Shown here: positions 19,365 through 29,051 of the stretch, piece after piece
Numbering within the stretch: the first letter of the stretch is position 1
Layout: each line of letters begins with the position of its first letter
Program-made: the position numbers and the translations under genes
Notes under the pieces: generated by a model
Told to the model about the DNA's origin: nothing
Seen by the model: only the letters and a program-made list of their open reading frames with translations
Database searches by the model: none
NCBI GenBank assembly: GCA_965217035.1
Contig: OZ244226.1
Coordinates: 248,001 to 312,000 of the forward strand
DNA from: Bacteriovoracaceae bacterium
Lineage (GTDB): Bacteria; Bdellovibrionota; Bacteriovoracia; Bacteriovoracales; Bacteriovoracaceae
DNA length: 64,000 bases
Reading direction: 5' to 3'

Positions 19365-20438
19365 ATGAACTCTAGGGAACCGAGCCCATTAGCTCAGAAT
19401 ATTTTTTTTCTTGTTGTTTTTGTTTTTATTCTCTATTTGGTTTATCTCTTAGCACAACCTCTTTTAACTCCACTTATTTTTGGAGCAATCCTCGCAGGAA
19501 CAGTTTATCCCTTAAACAAGAAGCTCAAAGCAAAACTCAACTTATCAAATGAAACGACGGGTTTACTCACAAGCCTTATTACTACTGTTGTGATCGCCAT
19601 CCCCTGTGTTTATATCGCGGTTCGAATTTCTCAGGAAGCTTTCGGACTCTATGATCGAATCAAAGATTTTGTTGAGGGTGATCAAATCATCAACCTCTAT
19701 AAGAGTGACAATTTTATTATTGAATGGCTTAAAAAAGTTCTTGCTACTTTCGGTATTGATGCAAGCTGGGAATCAATTAAGACGAATGTCCTCGAATTAA
19801 GTCAAAGTTTTTCTGGAACGATTCTTAAAACTTTAAATAAGGCAATTGGAAATTTACTCGGTTTCTTTTTTGATTTTGCCATTGCAATTCTTACAGTTTA
19901 TGCCTTCATGGCCTTTGGTTCACAGCTGAAAGACTTTGCCTTTAATCTTTCTCCTCTTTCTAATTCTGATGAGGAACTTTTGTTAGAAAGATTTAATCAA
20001 ATGAACTATGTCTCCATCGTGTGTAATGGAATAGGTGGACTAATACAGGGAGGGCTTGCAGGTCTTCTTTTTTTCATCTTAGGCCTCGACTCACCTTTTC
20101 TCTGGACCGCCGTAATGGTTTTACTCGCCTTTATTCCACTTTTAGGAATTTCAATTGTCACAATTCCGGCTTCAGTTTTTTTAATGCTTTCTGGAAGTAT
20201 AGGAACAGGTATTTTTCTTCTCATCAGTTCTATAGTCATCGGATTTGTTGTTGAAAATTGGTTCAAGCCTAAGTTTATTGGTGATCGAATTAAGATCAAT
20301 TCTCTTTTTGTTCTTTTTACAATTATTGGGGGGATGCAGATCTTTGGAATTGCAGGAATTTTTTATGGTCCTCTTATCGGAATCCTTTTCCTAACACTTG
20401 TTTCGATTTATCACGAAAAATATACGATTCAGGTTTAA
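19365..20438 (+). CDS. AI-2E family transporter
   Basis: Multi-TM protein; 'AFIPLLG', 'ENWFKPKFIG', 'GGMQIFGIAGIFYGP'. Confidence 0.9.
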   Translation: MNSREPSPLAQNIFFLVVFVFILYLVYLLAQPLLTPLIFGAILAGTVYPLNKKLKAKLNLSNETTGLLTSLITTVVIAIPCVYIAVRISQEAFGLYDRIKDFVEGDQIINLYKSDNFIIEWLKKVLATFGIDASWESIKTNVLELSQSFSGTILKTLNKAIGNLLGFFFDFAIAILTVYAFMAFGSQLKDFAFNLSPLSNSDEELLLERFNQMNYVSIVCNGIGGLIQGGLAGLLFFILGLDSPFLWTAVMVLLAFIPLLGISIVTIPASVFLMLSGSIGTGIFLLISSIVIGFVVENWFKPKFIGDRIKINSLFVLFTIIGGMQIFGIAGIFYGPLIGILFLTLVSIYHEKYTIQV

Positions 20439-20486
20439 AGAAAGTTAAGAAAGTCTCTATCCTTAAATCGCATTATACCAAGTTGT

Positions 20487-20660
20487 TCATCTATTATTAA
20501 TTTGTATGACATAATCATTAGCGATGATGTGACAAACGTCCTCTTTAAGCTTAGGAACATCATCGAAATCAACTTTGTCTTTTAAACGAACTCCAGAGCA
20601 AATATTTTGGCTTAAAACTGTACCAGAGAACAAGAGAACAAAAACGAGTCCATATTTCAT
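20487..20660 (-). CDS. 57-aa secreted peptide with a Cys pair (possibly a truncated gene)
   Basis: MKYGLVFVLLFSGTVLSQNIC...C; signal-peptide-like start at ATG 20660. Confidence 0.4.
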   Translation of the reverse strand: MKYGLVFVLLFSGTVLSQNICSGVRLKDKVDFDDVPKLKEDVCHIIANDYVIQINNR

Positions 20661-20852
20661 AATTAAATCTTTTGCCGAGACAATAACGGATCTTAACTTA
20701 CGAATGAGTGAACTGTGTAATTTTTTCCTAAAAAATAGCTTTTCTCTCATAGAGAAGCCGGGGCTACCTATCCAGCCGCGCAAAAGAATACCTTGAATAG
20801 TCTTTATCTTTTCTAATTGTTAGCTTCCGATCAACAAAATAAGGAGTCCATA

Positions 20853-21380
20853 ATGAAATTACTTATATCTTTACTCATTTTAAAGACTGTCCCTCTGTTC
20901 TCTCAAGAACTTGAAAATTACATGGTCTGTGATGTTGATATCATCAAAGATGGACAAATAGTCTCCTCTCACAAAGTCACAACCTACAGTCCTCTAAAAA
21001 TCGCAGGAGATACTTCCTCTGCTTATCATAGCTCGGCAACGGCCGTATCCAGCTGTAAGCTTCAAGCTTTTAACAAAAAATATAATAAAAAAAACATCTT
21101 CAAAGATGGAAAGAGCTTTATTGATCTTTGTTACAAAATAGGAAATGGAGTCTCTCTTGATAGGGATGGCCACGCTGAATTTTATCTTGTCAAACGTCCC
21201 CTAAAAGATATTTTCTTGTTTGGATACCTGAACAGAGATAATCCTCTCGTTCTGAATGGAACAGAACAAAAAAATCAAAAAATAAATAAGCATTTTGAAC
21301 TTGATGCAAATTGCGAAAATAAACATCTTTTGCCTACAGACAATCTCTGGTCAGAAATCAAAGATGAATACACAATATAA
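20853..21380 (+). CDS. Secreted hypothetical protein (4 Cys)
   Basis: RBS AAGGAG, then MKLLISLLILKTVPLFS. Confidence 0.75.
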   Translation: MKLLISLLILKTVPLFSQELENYMVCDVDIIKDGQIVSSHKVTTYSPLKIAGDTSSAYHSSATAVSSCKLQAFNKKYNKKNIFKDGKSFIDLCYKIGNGVSLDRDGHAEFYLVKRPLKDIFLFGYLNRDNPLVLNGTEQKNQKINKHFELDANCENKHLLPTDNLWSEIKDEYTI

Positions 21381-21389
21381 GGAAAAAAA

Positions 21390-21890
21390 ATGAAAACATT
21401 ATTAACACTCTTAGTTATCACGAGCTCTTCAATTTATGGTCAAGAAATCACAGAAAAAGAGGGCGTTATCAGACAAATTACTTGTAACTCCCCTAGCGGT
21501 CTTGGAATTATAAAACTAGAAAGAAAAAAAAATAGAAAAACACTTGTTATCGATTATCTCCTCGTCGACTCGTATGAGCTTTGCGGTACCAAGCCAAATG
21601 CATTCAGTGTGCTTGGGAGTATTGGTTATGATGCTGTTCTTCTGGGGATAAACAAACTTTACAAAGTTACTCTCGATGGCCTCTTCGTAAAAAAAATCGA
21701 AGAGATAGAAGAAGTTAATTATTATAGATTTACAAAAAAAGTAAGAAAATATGAAAAAATTAACTCACGAGAAGCAAACGCGTGGTTTAATTCTGGACCT
21801 ACAAATATTCCCTTTGTGAAACAAGAACAAATCGATAAAATGGTTGAAGAATATACTTCTGAGGAATATGTTCAAAAGTTTTTTCAATAA
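21390..21890 (+). CDS. Secreted hypothetical protein
   Basis: Signal peptide MKTLLTLLVITSSSIYG. Confidence 0.75.
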   Translation: MKTLLTLLVITSSSIYGQEITEKEGVIRQITCNSPSGLGIIKLERKKNRKTLVIDYLLVDSYELCGTKPNAFSVLGSIGYDAVLLGINKLYKVTLDGLFVKKIEEIEEVNYYRFTKKVRKYEKINSREANAWFNSGPTNIPFVKQEQIDKMVEEYTSEEYVQKFFQ

Positions 21891-22675
21891 TGATGAATGT
21901 TTTATCTCAATATCTAAATGACGAACTTGAATATAGGCAGGAAAAGAATCCTGCCTATTCTCTTAGATCTTTTGCCAGAGATCTCTCAATCGATCATTCT
22001 GCTCTTTCAAAAATCATATCTGGAAAAAGAATCCCTGATATCGCAAATATTAAATCACTTCTCTCTAAAATAGATGCCACAGAAAAGACAATTCAAATGA
22101 TTACAGAAATGATCAGTAAAGAGAAGAATATTAAAAACTTCAAAATTAGAAAGCCTCAAAACGTTTACAAAGAAGTTTCCCAAACTGTCTTCAATGTTAT
22201 TTCTAATCCTAATCACTATGCTTTACTCGAATTATTAAAAACTCATAACTTCACATTCTCTCACGAGTTCATTTCGCATAGACTTAATATTGAACAAGAG
22301 GAAGTTGAAGTAATTATCAAAAATCTTGAAGAACTTAAAATGATAAGAATTGAAAATAACGAAATTAGTGATCTTACTGATGGCTTTTCAACTCACGAAA
22401 TTGACCTTTCAAAAACAAGTAAGGCCAATAAAGACTATCAAATAGAGCTCTTGAACCGATCGATTGACACGTTGAGGTATAACTCAATCGAAGAACGTTC
22501 CCACTCAGCCATTGTCTTCGCGACAAACAAGGAAAAGATCTATGAGGCTAAAGGGATCATAAAGAAATTTAGACAGAGTTTATGTGACTTTCTCGAGGAT
22601 ACAGACAAGAAAACAAACGTCTACGCTCTTCAAGTGAGTCTTTTCCCTCTCACCGAATCTGAGGACAATGAATAA
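21890..22675 (+). CDS. TIGR02147/DUF4423-type HTH transcriptional regulator
   Basis: 'RQEKNPAYSLRSFARDLSIDHSALSKIISGKR'; C-terminal 'VYALQVSLFPLT'. The family is expanded in Bdellovibrionota. Confidence 0.88.
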   Translation: MMNVLSQYLNDELEYRQEKNPAYSLRSFARDLSIDHSALSKIISGKRIPDIANIKSLLSKIDATEKTIQMITEMISKEKNIKNFKIRKPQNVYKEVSQTVFNVISNPNHYALLELLKTHNFTFSHEFISHRLNIEQEEVEVIIKNLEELKMIRIENNEISDLTDGFSTHEIDLSKTSKANKDYQIELLNRSIDTLRYNSIEERSHSAIVFATNKEKIYEAKGIIKKFRQSLCDFLEDTDKKTNVYALQVSLFPLTESEDNE

Positions 22676-22723
22676 TTTACAAATAAATTGAGTTAAGGTG
22701 TCGAATACCTATAATTGCGCAAA

Positions 22724-23515
22724 ATGAAACTTCTCATCATACTTCTATTTTCATCAAACATTGCCTTCACGAAAGGACGTGATGGAAATGGAGGTAATGA
22801 AATCGCAATGAGATTCACTCAAATCGCGACGGATAGTTTAAAGTTCCTTAAGAAACCAGGAAACAACTCTAAGAAAATAAATCTTCAAAAACTTGAAAAT
22901 GCTATTAAAGATACTAAAGTTTACGTCGTCACTTATAAACTTTGTGATGATTCTAAGGATAAAACTTGTCCTGGTGAAAGTGGCTATGTCGCAAAGAATT
23001 ACCCTCTTCAAGATGAAATCTATATCAACGAAGTAAGGTGGAGAAAACTTTCCTTTGAAGAAAAGGTTAGAATTACGATTCACGAATATCTTGGCATAAT
23101 AGGAGTAGAAGCAGGTAATTATTCTATTTCATCTAATATCATTATTGGACTGAATGCAACAGAAGGAAGAAACTACTCTTGCCAAATGTCCTTGGTTGAA
23201 CTCAATAAAACAACTCCAGTGCTTGGAACTGCAGGTTTTGTTGTATCAAACTTCAATATTTCAGGTGGGTTAAAAAGCTTCCCTATCAAATACAGTAAAG
23301 ATGATGTTGTTTTTAGAATTGTAACCGGGAAAAACTATTTAAGGGCCCAAATTGAAATAGCAAGAGTTAACCGCAAAAATAAACATTTTGTTGAAATAAA
23401 AGAACTCAAAGAAATTGTTTTTCCTGAAATGATTTTTTTCGAAGGCGAACCTATCGGTGTCAAAGTTTTCAAAAACCAAAAATACCACTTACAGGTTGCT
23501 TGTTCTCATATTTAG
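22724..23515 (+). CDS. Secreted protein with N-terminal GNGG motif and a degenerate zincin-like HExxG motif
   Basis: Signal peptide, then GRDGNGG; 'AKNYP..IYINEVRW', 'ITIHEYLGIIGVE'. Confidence 0.7.
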   Translation: MKLLIILLFSSNIAFTKGRDGNGGNEIAMRFTQIATDSLKFLKKPGNNSKKINLQKLENAIKDTKVYVVTYKLCDDSKDKTCPGESGYVAKNYPLQDEIYINEVRWRKLSFEEKVRITIHEYLGIIGVEAGNYSISSNIIIGLNATEGRNYSCQMSLVELNKTTPVLGTAGFVVSNFNISGGLKSFPIKYSKDDVVFRIVTGKNYLRAQIEIARVNRKNKHFVEIKELKEIVFPEMIFFEGEPIGVKVFKNQKYHLQVACSHI

Positions 23516-23519
23516 ATTA

Positions 23520-24326
23520 TTACAAGAAAAGAATCAAACTTAAGGCCATGGTAATCATCCCTGCGATAACTCCATAAACAGAAAGATGATGTTCTCCATA
23601 TTCTCTTGCTGCAGGTAGTAGTTGATCAAGACTAATAAAAACCATAATTCCTGCAACTCCTGTAAAGATACAACCAATAAGTGTCTCGCCAACAAATTGT
23701 TTTAAGAAGAAGTAACCTATCAAGGCCCCTAAAGGTTCCGCTAATCCTGAAGCAAAAGAATAAAAGAAAGCCTTCTTTTTATCACCAGTTGCATAATAAA
23801 TTGGTATTGAAACAGCAATTCCTTCCGGGATATTATGAATCGCGACAGCAAAGGCGATTGCAAATCCCATATTTGGATCTTGCAAGGCCGTAAAAAAAGT
23901 TGCCAATCCTTCTGGGAAGTTGTGAATAGCGATTGCAAGTGCTGTTACAAGTCCTGTTTTATGAAGTGACTTAAACTTTTGGGCCTTATCTTTGTCCTCT
24001 AGATCCTCAATTTTCATATCTTCATGCGGATTCTCAAACCCAGTAATGAACTTATCAATTAATGCGATCAAGAACATTCCCGCAAAGAAGCTACTCACAT
24101 TAATCACAGTTCCCACTTTTTGACCATAATTTGCAATTAATAAGGTTTGGCCTTTAAAGAAAATTTCTACAAACGAGATATAAATCATGACTCCAGCAGA
24201 AAATCCCAGAGCAACAGAAAGGAATTTTGTATTTGTTCTTTTAGATAGGAATGCCATGGCACTTCCGATTCCTGTCGAAAGTCCTGCAAATAATGTAAGT
24301 CCAATAGCAAAGCCTACGCCTGTCAT
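23520..24326 (-). CDS. zupT: ZIP family metal transporter ZupT
   Basis: 'AIAIHNFPEGLATF', 'AVAIHNIPEG', 'SGLAEPLGA'. Confidence 0.95.
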   Translation of the reverse strand: MTGVGFAIGLTLFAGLSTGIGSAMAFLSKRTNTKFLSVALGFSAGVMIYISFVEIFFKGQTLLIANYGQKVGTVINVSSFFAGMFLIALIDKFITGFENPHEDMKIEDLEDKDKAQKFKSLHKTGLVTALAIAIHNFPEGLATFFTALQDPNMGFAIAFAVAIHNIPEGIAVSIPIYYATGDKKKAFFYSFASGLAEPLGALIGYFFLKQFVGETLIGCIFTGVAGIMVFISLDQLLPAAREYGEHHLSVYGVIAGMITMALSLILFL

Positions 24327-25549
24327 TAGATATTAAGCCTAAAGTTGATAGTTTCCCATTCATAGCATTGAGGGCAACGCCAAAATACTTCATCTGAGCT
24401 AAATCCGCAATTCGAACAATAATGACGAGTCGAGGAACTCTGAAGGCCCCTTAGAAGAGAATCTGTCTCAGTGATGGCCTCATCATGCTTGTTCAAAGAA
24501 ATGAGAAGTTTGATATATTCCATTTTTAAAACTTCGCTCTGAGTTTGATTTTCATCAAGCCAATTTTTATAAAATTGATAAGCCTCTTCGATATTCCCAC
24601 GATCTTTTAAAAGCTGAACGCGAGAAAGCACAATTGTTGGTCTATTCGTATCAGAGTCTTTATCAATAGAAAGAAAATAATCTTTAAGAATATTAAGTCT
24701 TTCAAAATATTCTGGAAGTTCTCCTTTAAAGTCTTGAAGAGAAGTAAAGAGAAAGCTGATAAAGAGCTCATGCTCATTAAGCATTTCTACCATCAAAGCT
24801 TTCGCATCATCCATCTTCCCTAAGACCAGATAATATTTCAGCTGCAAAATTTTCGCAGAAACAGATGGAGAATAGCGAAAAGCATTTTCAAGCTTCTCCC
24901 AACAAGTCGAATAATCTCCTTTGTCAAAGGCTCTTTTCGCTTGCTCGACATAAATATGAGAAATCGTTTCCGATTGGTTTTCACTTGAAAGTTTTGAAAG
25001 CATTAAGCGATACTTCAAGGCTTCATCCCAATCCTCAAGGTCTTCATAAATCCGACAAAGTGCTTTGATGACATCAACTTGTTCTTTATTAAGTTGTAAA
25101 ACATCCTTATAAGTGCTCAAAGCCTTCTCAAGAAAACCACCTTTATCAAAGTCTCTTGCTAACTCCTTTAAAGCCTCAAGTCTTACTGACTCTGAAATAT
25201 TATCTCTCGCTATAATAGATCTGTGGATACTGACAGCTTTTTCAATTTCACCATTGGAGCGAAATAACCTGCCAAGTGTCATATAGGTGTCAATTGTTTC
25301 TTTATTTAATTCAACCGCATTTAAAAATTCTTTAATCGCAAGATCTTTCTCTCCAGCAATGAGATAGTGAGTCGCATTGAGAAAAATTTTCGATTGAACT
25401 TCGAAGATTGAGTTTCGATACTTCTTTGAAAGATTCACTCCCTTGTTTCGATCAACGAAGTAATAATAAAGAAGAACTGCAGTAATCGCACCCGCAGCTA
25501 CAGTCAAGCTATGATCAGATAACCACCGAATGGCAAATTCAACCGTCAA
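24326..25549 (-). CDS. lapB: LPS assembly protein B (TPR repeats + rubredoxin domain)
   Basis: N-terminal TM; 'LGRLFRSNGEIEKAVSIH'; C-terminal 'CSNCGF...WRCPQC..W'. Confidence 0.85.
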   Translation of the reverse strand: MTVEFAIRWLSDHSLTVAAGAITAVLLYYYFVDRNKGVNLSKKYRNSIFEVQSKIFLNATHYLIAGEKDLAIKEFLNAVELNKETIDTYMTLGRLFRSNGEIEKAVSIHRSIIARDNISESVRLEALKELARDFDKGGFLEKALSTYKDVLQLNKEQVDVIKALCRIYEDLEDWDEALKYRLMLSKLSSENQSETISHIYVEQAKRAFDKGDYSTCWEKLENAFRYSPSVSAKILQLKYYLVLGKMDDAKALMVEMLNEHELFISFLFTSLQDFKGELPEYFERLNILKDYFLSIDKDSDTNRPTIVLSRVQLLKDRGNIEEAYQFYKNWLDENQTQSEVLKMEYIKLLISLNKHDEAITETDSLLRGLQSSSTRHYCSNCGFSSDEVFWRCPQCYEWETINFRLNI

Positions 25550-25558
25550 AAAAAATCC

Positions 25559-26482
25559 TTATTGATAAAGAAACATTGGAACAACTTTCTTTGTTGTTAA
25601 ATTTCTTATAAAGCTGCTCGCTTCTTCTTCTATATCTTCAAAAAATGTTCGAAAGTTCAATTTCTTTTTGCCTTTAACGAACATAAAGTCCTCAAACTCA
25701 CCTTCAAGACCTAACTCTTCATGAATCTTACGACCAGCGGCCCAAAGCCCGCCAATCTCATCCACAAGTCCTCTTTTAAGAGCATCCTCTCCAGAGAAAA
25801 TTTGTCCTTGAGCGTGTTCGAGTAAATCTCCGACAATTCGGTCTTTTCTCGTAAGAGAAATATCATTAATAAACTGGCGATGAACAACAGAAATCATATC
25901 GTCCATCAATCTTCTTTCCTCAGTAGTCATTGGACGATTGGGAGCTCCAATATCTTTATACTTACCGGCCTTAATCGTTTCAGGATTTACCTTGGCCCAA
26001 GTATAAAGCTTAGAAAGATCCATAAACTGCATTATGACACCAATAGAACCAGTTAAAGTCCCCGCATTAGCAAAAATCTTTCTACAGGCAGCACCGATAT
26101 AATAACCACCACTGGCAGCAACACTTCCGAAACTTGCATACACCGGAATTTTTTGATCAATACGAACAATTTCTTCATAAATTTCTTGAGTCGGTCCAAC
26201 CGCTCCGCCTGGACTATCAACACGGATAATGATCGCTTCAACGGCCTCATCACGTTCTGCTTTATGAAGCAACTCAATCGTTTTTTTCGAATCCATGATG
26301 GCACCTTTTACTTCCACCACAGCAATACTGGCCTTGCCTTCTGATTGATCAGCATCAAAAGCAACATCTCCAATTTTCATGTTTTTCATCATAAAAATTG
26401 AAAACACGAGAAAAATAAAAAATAAGAGAAAAATGATAAAAAAGATCCCTATAACACTTCGAGATCGTTTATCTTGACTCAT
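25559..26482 (-). CDS. sppA: Signal peptide peptidase SppA (36K type)
   Basis: 'RVDSPGG', 'AASGGYY', 'TGSIGV', 'AGKYKD'. Confidence 0.93.
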   Translation of the reverse strand: MSQDKRSRSVIGIFFIIFLLFFIFLVFSIFMMKNMKIGDVAFDADQSEGKASIAVVEVKGAIMDSKKTIELLHKAERDEAVEAIIIRVDSPGGAVGPTQEIYEEIVRIDQKIPVYASFGSVAASGGYYIGAACRKIFANAGTLTGSIGVIMQFMDLSKLYTWAKVNPETIKAGKYKDIGAPNRPMTTEERRLMDDMISVVHRQFINDISLTRKDRIVGDLLEHAQGQIFSGEDALKRGLVDEIGGLWAAGRKIHEELGLEGEFEDFMFVKGKKKLNFRTFFEDIEEEASSFIRNLTTKKVVPMFLYQ

Positions 26483-26557
26483 CGCAAACTCCTCATAAAT
26501 ACATCAACAAGTATGTTATTGTAATGAAGAGTTAATGTCCAAATGATAGAGTCAGAT

Positions 26558-27718
26558 ATGACTATAGAATTGGAAGTTCCTGGAGATAAATCTCTTGCTC
26601 ACCGTTACCTGATTTTTGATTTCTTATCGGGTTCTCGAAGTAATCTTTATAATCTTCCTCTTGGAGAGGATGTTCTTCACACTAAATATTGTTTAGAACG
26701 AATCAAGCAAAAAAAGGGAGACCTTTATTGTGGGAATTCAGGAACAACGGCCCGCTTATTAGCAGGTCTTCTCACTGGAATTGAGGGGAAATGGAAATTG
26801 TCTGGAGATGATTCCTTAAGTGCTCGACCGATGAATCGAGTTGCTAATCCTCTTAAAAATGTAGGGGCAAAAATAATTGGAGATAAGCTTCCTCTCACAA
26901 TCGAATCTTCAAAACTTCAACCCATTGAATACAAACTTCCAATCGCAAGCGCTCAAATAAAGTCTTGTCTTCTTTTGGCAGGGCTCGTTCAAGGGATACC
27001 GGTAAAACTTACCGGAAAAGTTCACTCACGAGATCACACTGAAATTTTTCTTGAAGAGCAAAATCTAAAAATAAGAAGAACAGCAAATAAAATTATTCTC
27101 AATGATTCTTCTAAAAATTTAAAACCTTTTGATGTCATAATCCCGGGTGATCCCTCTTCGGCTGCTTTTTTGATCATCAGAAGAATTCTCACCCCAGGTG
27201 ATGATCTTATTTTTAAAAATATCCTCCTTAACCCTGCTCGCATCTATTACTTAGAGATACTTAAAGCGATCGGTTGTCTGGTGAGAGTTGAGAATGAAAA
27301 AGTCCTACTTGGTGAAAAAGTTGGAGATATTATTGTTAAACATAGAGAATTTTCAGAACTTAAAAATATTCCAGAAATTAGTAATTCTTCTTTTTTTATT
27401 GATGAGATTCCAGCTTTAAGTTTACTTATGACTCAGATTTCTGGGAACTGCATCATTAAAGATGTAGAAGAGTTAAAGGTTAAAGAAACCGACAGAATTG
27501 AAGAACTTAAAAAGATGTATCAAAGTTTCAAAATTCAAAAAAATTTAGAGTATCAAGATGGAGACCTTATCATAAATGGTGAACAATCTTTAAGCCGCAA
27601 CGACTTTGAATCGACTGATCATAGAATTCAAATGACGGCGGCCCTTATTGGCTCAAAGTTTAACCAGTCAATTAATGTGAGCTTCCCAGAGTTTCCAAAC
27701 CTCCTCAAAAAGCTATAA
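26558..27718 (+). CDS. aroA: EPSP synthase (compact)
   Basis: 'VPGDKSLAHR', 'CGNSGTTAR', 'ASAQIKS', 'RDHTE', 'IDEIP', 'KETDRI', 'DHRIQM'. Confidence 0.9.
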   Translation: MTIELEVPGDKSLAHRYLIFDFLSGSRSNLYNLPLGEDVLHTKYCLERIKQKKGDLYCGNSGTTARLLAGLLTGIEGKWKLSGDDSLSARPMNRVANPLKNVGAKIIGDKLPLTIESSKLQPIEYKLPIASAQIKSCLLLAGLVQGIPVKLTGKVHSRDHTEIFLEEQNLKIRRTANKIILNDSSKNLKPFDVIIPGDPSSAAFLIIRRILTPGDDLIFKNILLNPARIYYLEILKAIGCLVRVENEKVLLGEKVGDIIVKHREFSELKNIPEISNSSFFIDEIPALSLLMTQISGNCIIKDVEELKVKETDRIEELKKMYQSFKIQKNLEYQDGDLIINGEQSLSRNDFESTDHRIQMTAALIGSKFNQSINVSFPEFPNLLKKL

Positions 27719-27842
27719 ATCACGGAATTAAGACATATGGACATGCTTGCTCGCATATTTATTTGATAATGTCCTTAATCGTAATTGAGTAGAGTTACAC
27801 TCAACACCAAGACTTGCCTATACATCCAGCTGAGGAGAAATT

Positions 27843-27956
27843 CTGTACCGACTAATCATTTTTTTGGATTTTTTATTAGTAATCACTTCAAGCGCTTATT
27901 CACAAAAACTCAGAGACGATAAAGCGATTGAAGCACCAAGAATTATTAAAGACTAG
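27843..27956 (+). pseudogene. Remnant of a secreted-protein gene
   Basis: SD GAGGAG is followed by CTG instead of ATG. The frame reads YRLIIFLDFLLVITSSAYSQ (signal-peptide-like) and stops after 37 codons. Confidence 0.4.
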
Positions 27957-28042
27957 GAAAATTCTTGACCATTTAGATCTGAAGACAATGTCCCCATTAT
28001 CACTATCACTTGAAAAGCATGTATAAGTCTTAATTGATGAAC

Positions 28043-28069
28043 TAAGAAAAAAGCTAAAAACTCCGATAA
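28043..28069 (+). promoter_or_regulatory. Sigma-28-like promoter
   Basis: TAAG-N15-TCCGATAA, 10 nt before the ART ATG. Confidence 0.7.
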
Positions 28070-28079
28070 AATAACTAAG

Positions 28080-28853
28080 ATGAAAACAAAGCTATTCTTC
28101 GTTCTAACCTTTATTAATCTTAATTTTTCATACGCTGCTGGTCTTTGTTATTACTATCTCAAAAAAAACCTTAGTCCTGCGCAAGCAAGAAATGCAATTA
28201 CAGATCTAAGAACATATTCCAATGCCCTTCATAAACCTAGAGGACCGAACACTCCATTCGCTCTCAAGAATTTAAAACCAGAGACATACGATGTGATCAA
28301 AAAGAATATATATACCAAAGTCCGAGGTGGAATTGACTTCCCAGACTTATGGCCTGCGGAATATATGGCCATCATAATCTATAAAATGAATGGCTTCGCT
28401 TTCGTTAATAGTTATCTCAGAAGAATATCTCTTCCTGCTGGAGCTCGAATTGATTCGAACACTCTAGAGAACTTTATAACTCTCTTAGTGAAAGGGATGA
28501 GTAAATTACCGACATACAATGGTTCCGTTAAAAGATTCGTCAAATTATCTCCTGAACAAATAAGTAAATATATTATTGGAGAAACGATAACAAATGACTC
28601 ATTTACTTCTACCGCTAAACTTGATGCTAATCTTTATTATTTTTATGACGATCCTAATGTTAAGTTCTTGATGGAATCGAAAACAGGAGTTTACATCGAT
28701 TATTTATTTAATAAAGCTATCAAATCGAACGAATCAAATTATATTTCATTTGGAGAAGAGAAAGAAGTTCTTTTTTATCCTGGAACTTCCTTTAGAGTTA
28801 AAGATCGCTATAGAGAAGAAGGTAAAATAGTTATCCATTTACAAGAAATATAA
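28080..28853 (+). CDS. Secreted R-S-ExE ADP-ribosyltransferase (VIP2/ExoS/Tre1-like)
   Basis: Signal peptide; 'YKMNGFAFVNSYLR', 'KLPTYNGSVKR', 'FTSTA', 'GEEKEVLFYPGTSFRV'. Confidence 0.88.
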   Translation: MKTKLFFVLTFINLNFSYAAGLCYYYLKKNLSPAQARNAITDLRTYSNALHKPRGPNTPFALKNLKPETYDVIKKNIYTKVRGGIDFPDLWPAEYMAIIIYKMNGFAFVNSYLRRISLPAGARIDSNTLENFITLLVKGMSKLPTYNGSVKRFVKLSPEQISKYIIGETITNDSFTSTAKLDANLYYFYDDPNVKFLMESKTGVYIDYLFNKAIKSNESNYISFGEEKEVLFYPGTSFRVKDRYREEGKIVIHLQEI

Positions 28854-29051
28854 ATCCACTGAATTACCTAGATAATTTTTCTCCCCAAAGGGGTCTCCTC
28901 TCTACGGCCTCAAAGGATGTGTTGTGTCTCTCAAGGCCATAGGGAGGAAGACTTGGCAGAAGAACTTAATAGGCATCATAAACTATTGGCGCCATACGCT
29001 TCAAGCTTAAATCAGCTAACAAGTTATGACTGTAAGGTGTAAGGACGAGAG

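Noticed and set aside
20487..23515. Prophage or mobile element as origin of the orphan islet
   Set aside because: No integrase, transposase, phage gene, tRNA target or flanking direct repeat was seen.
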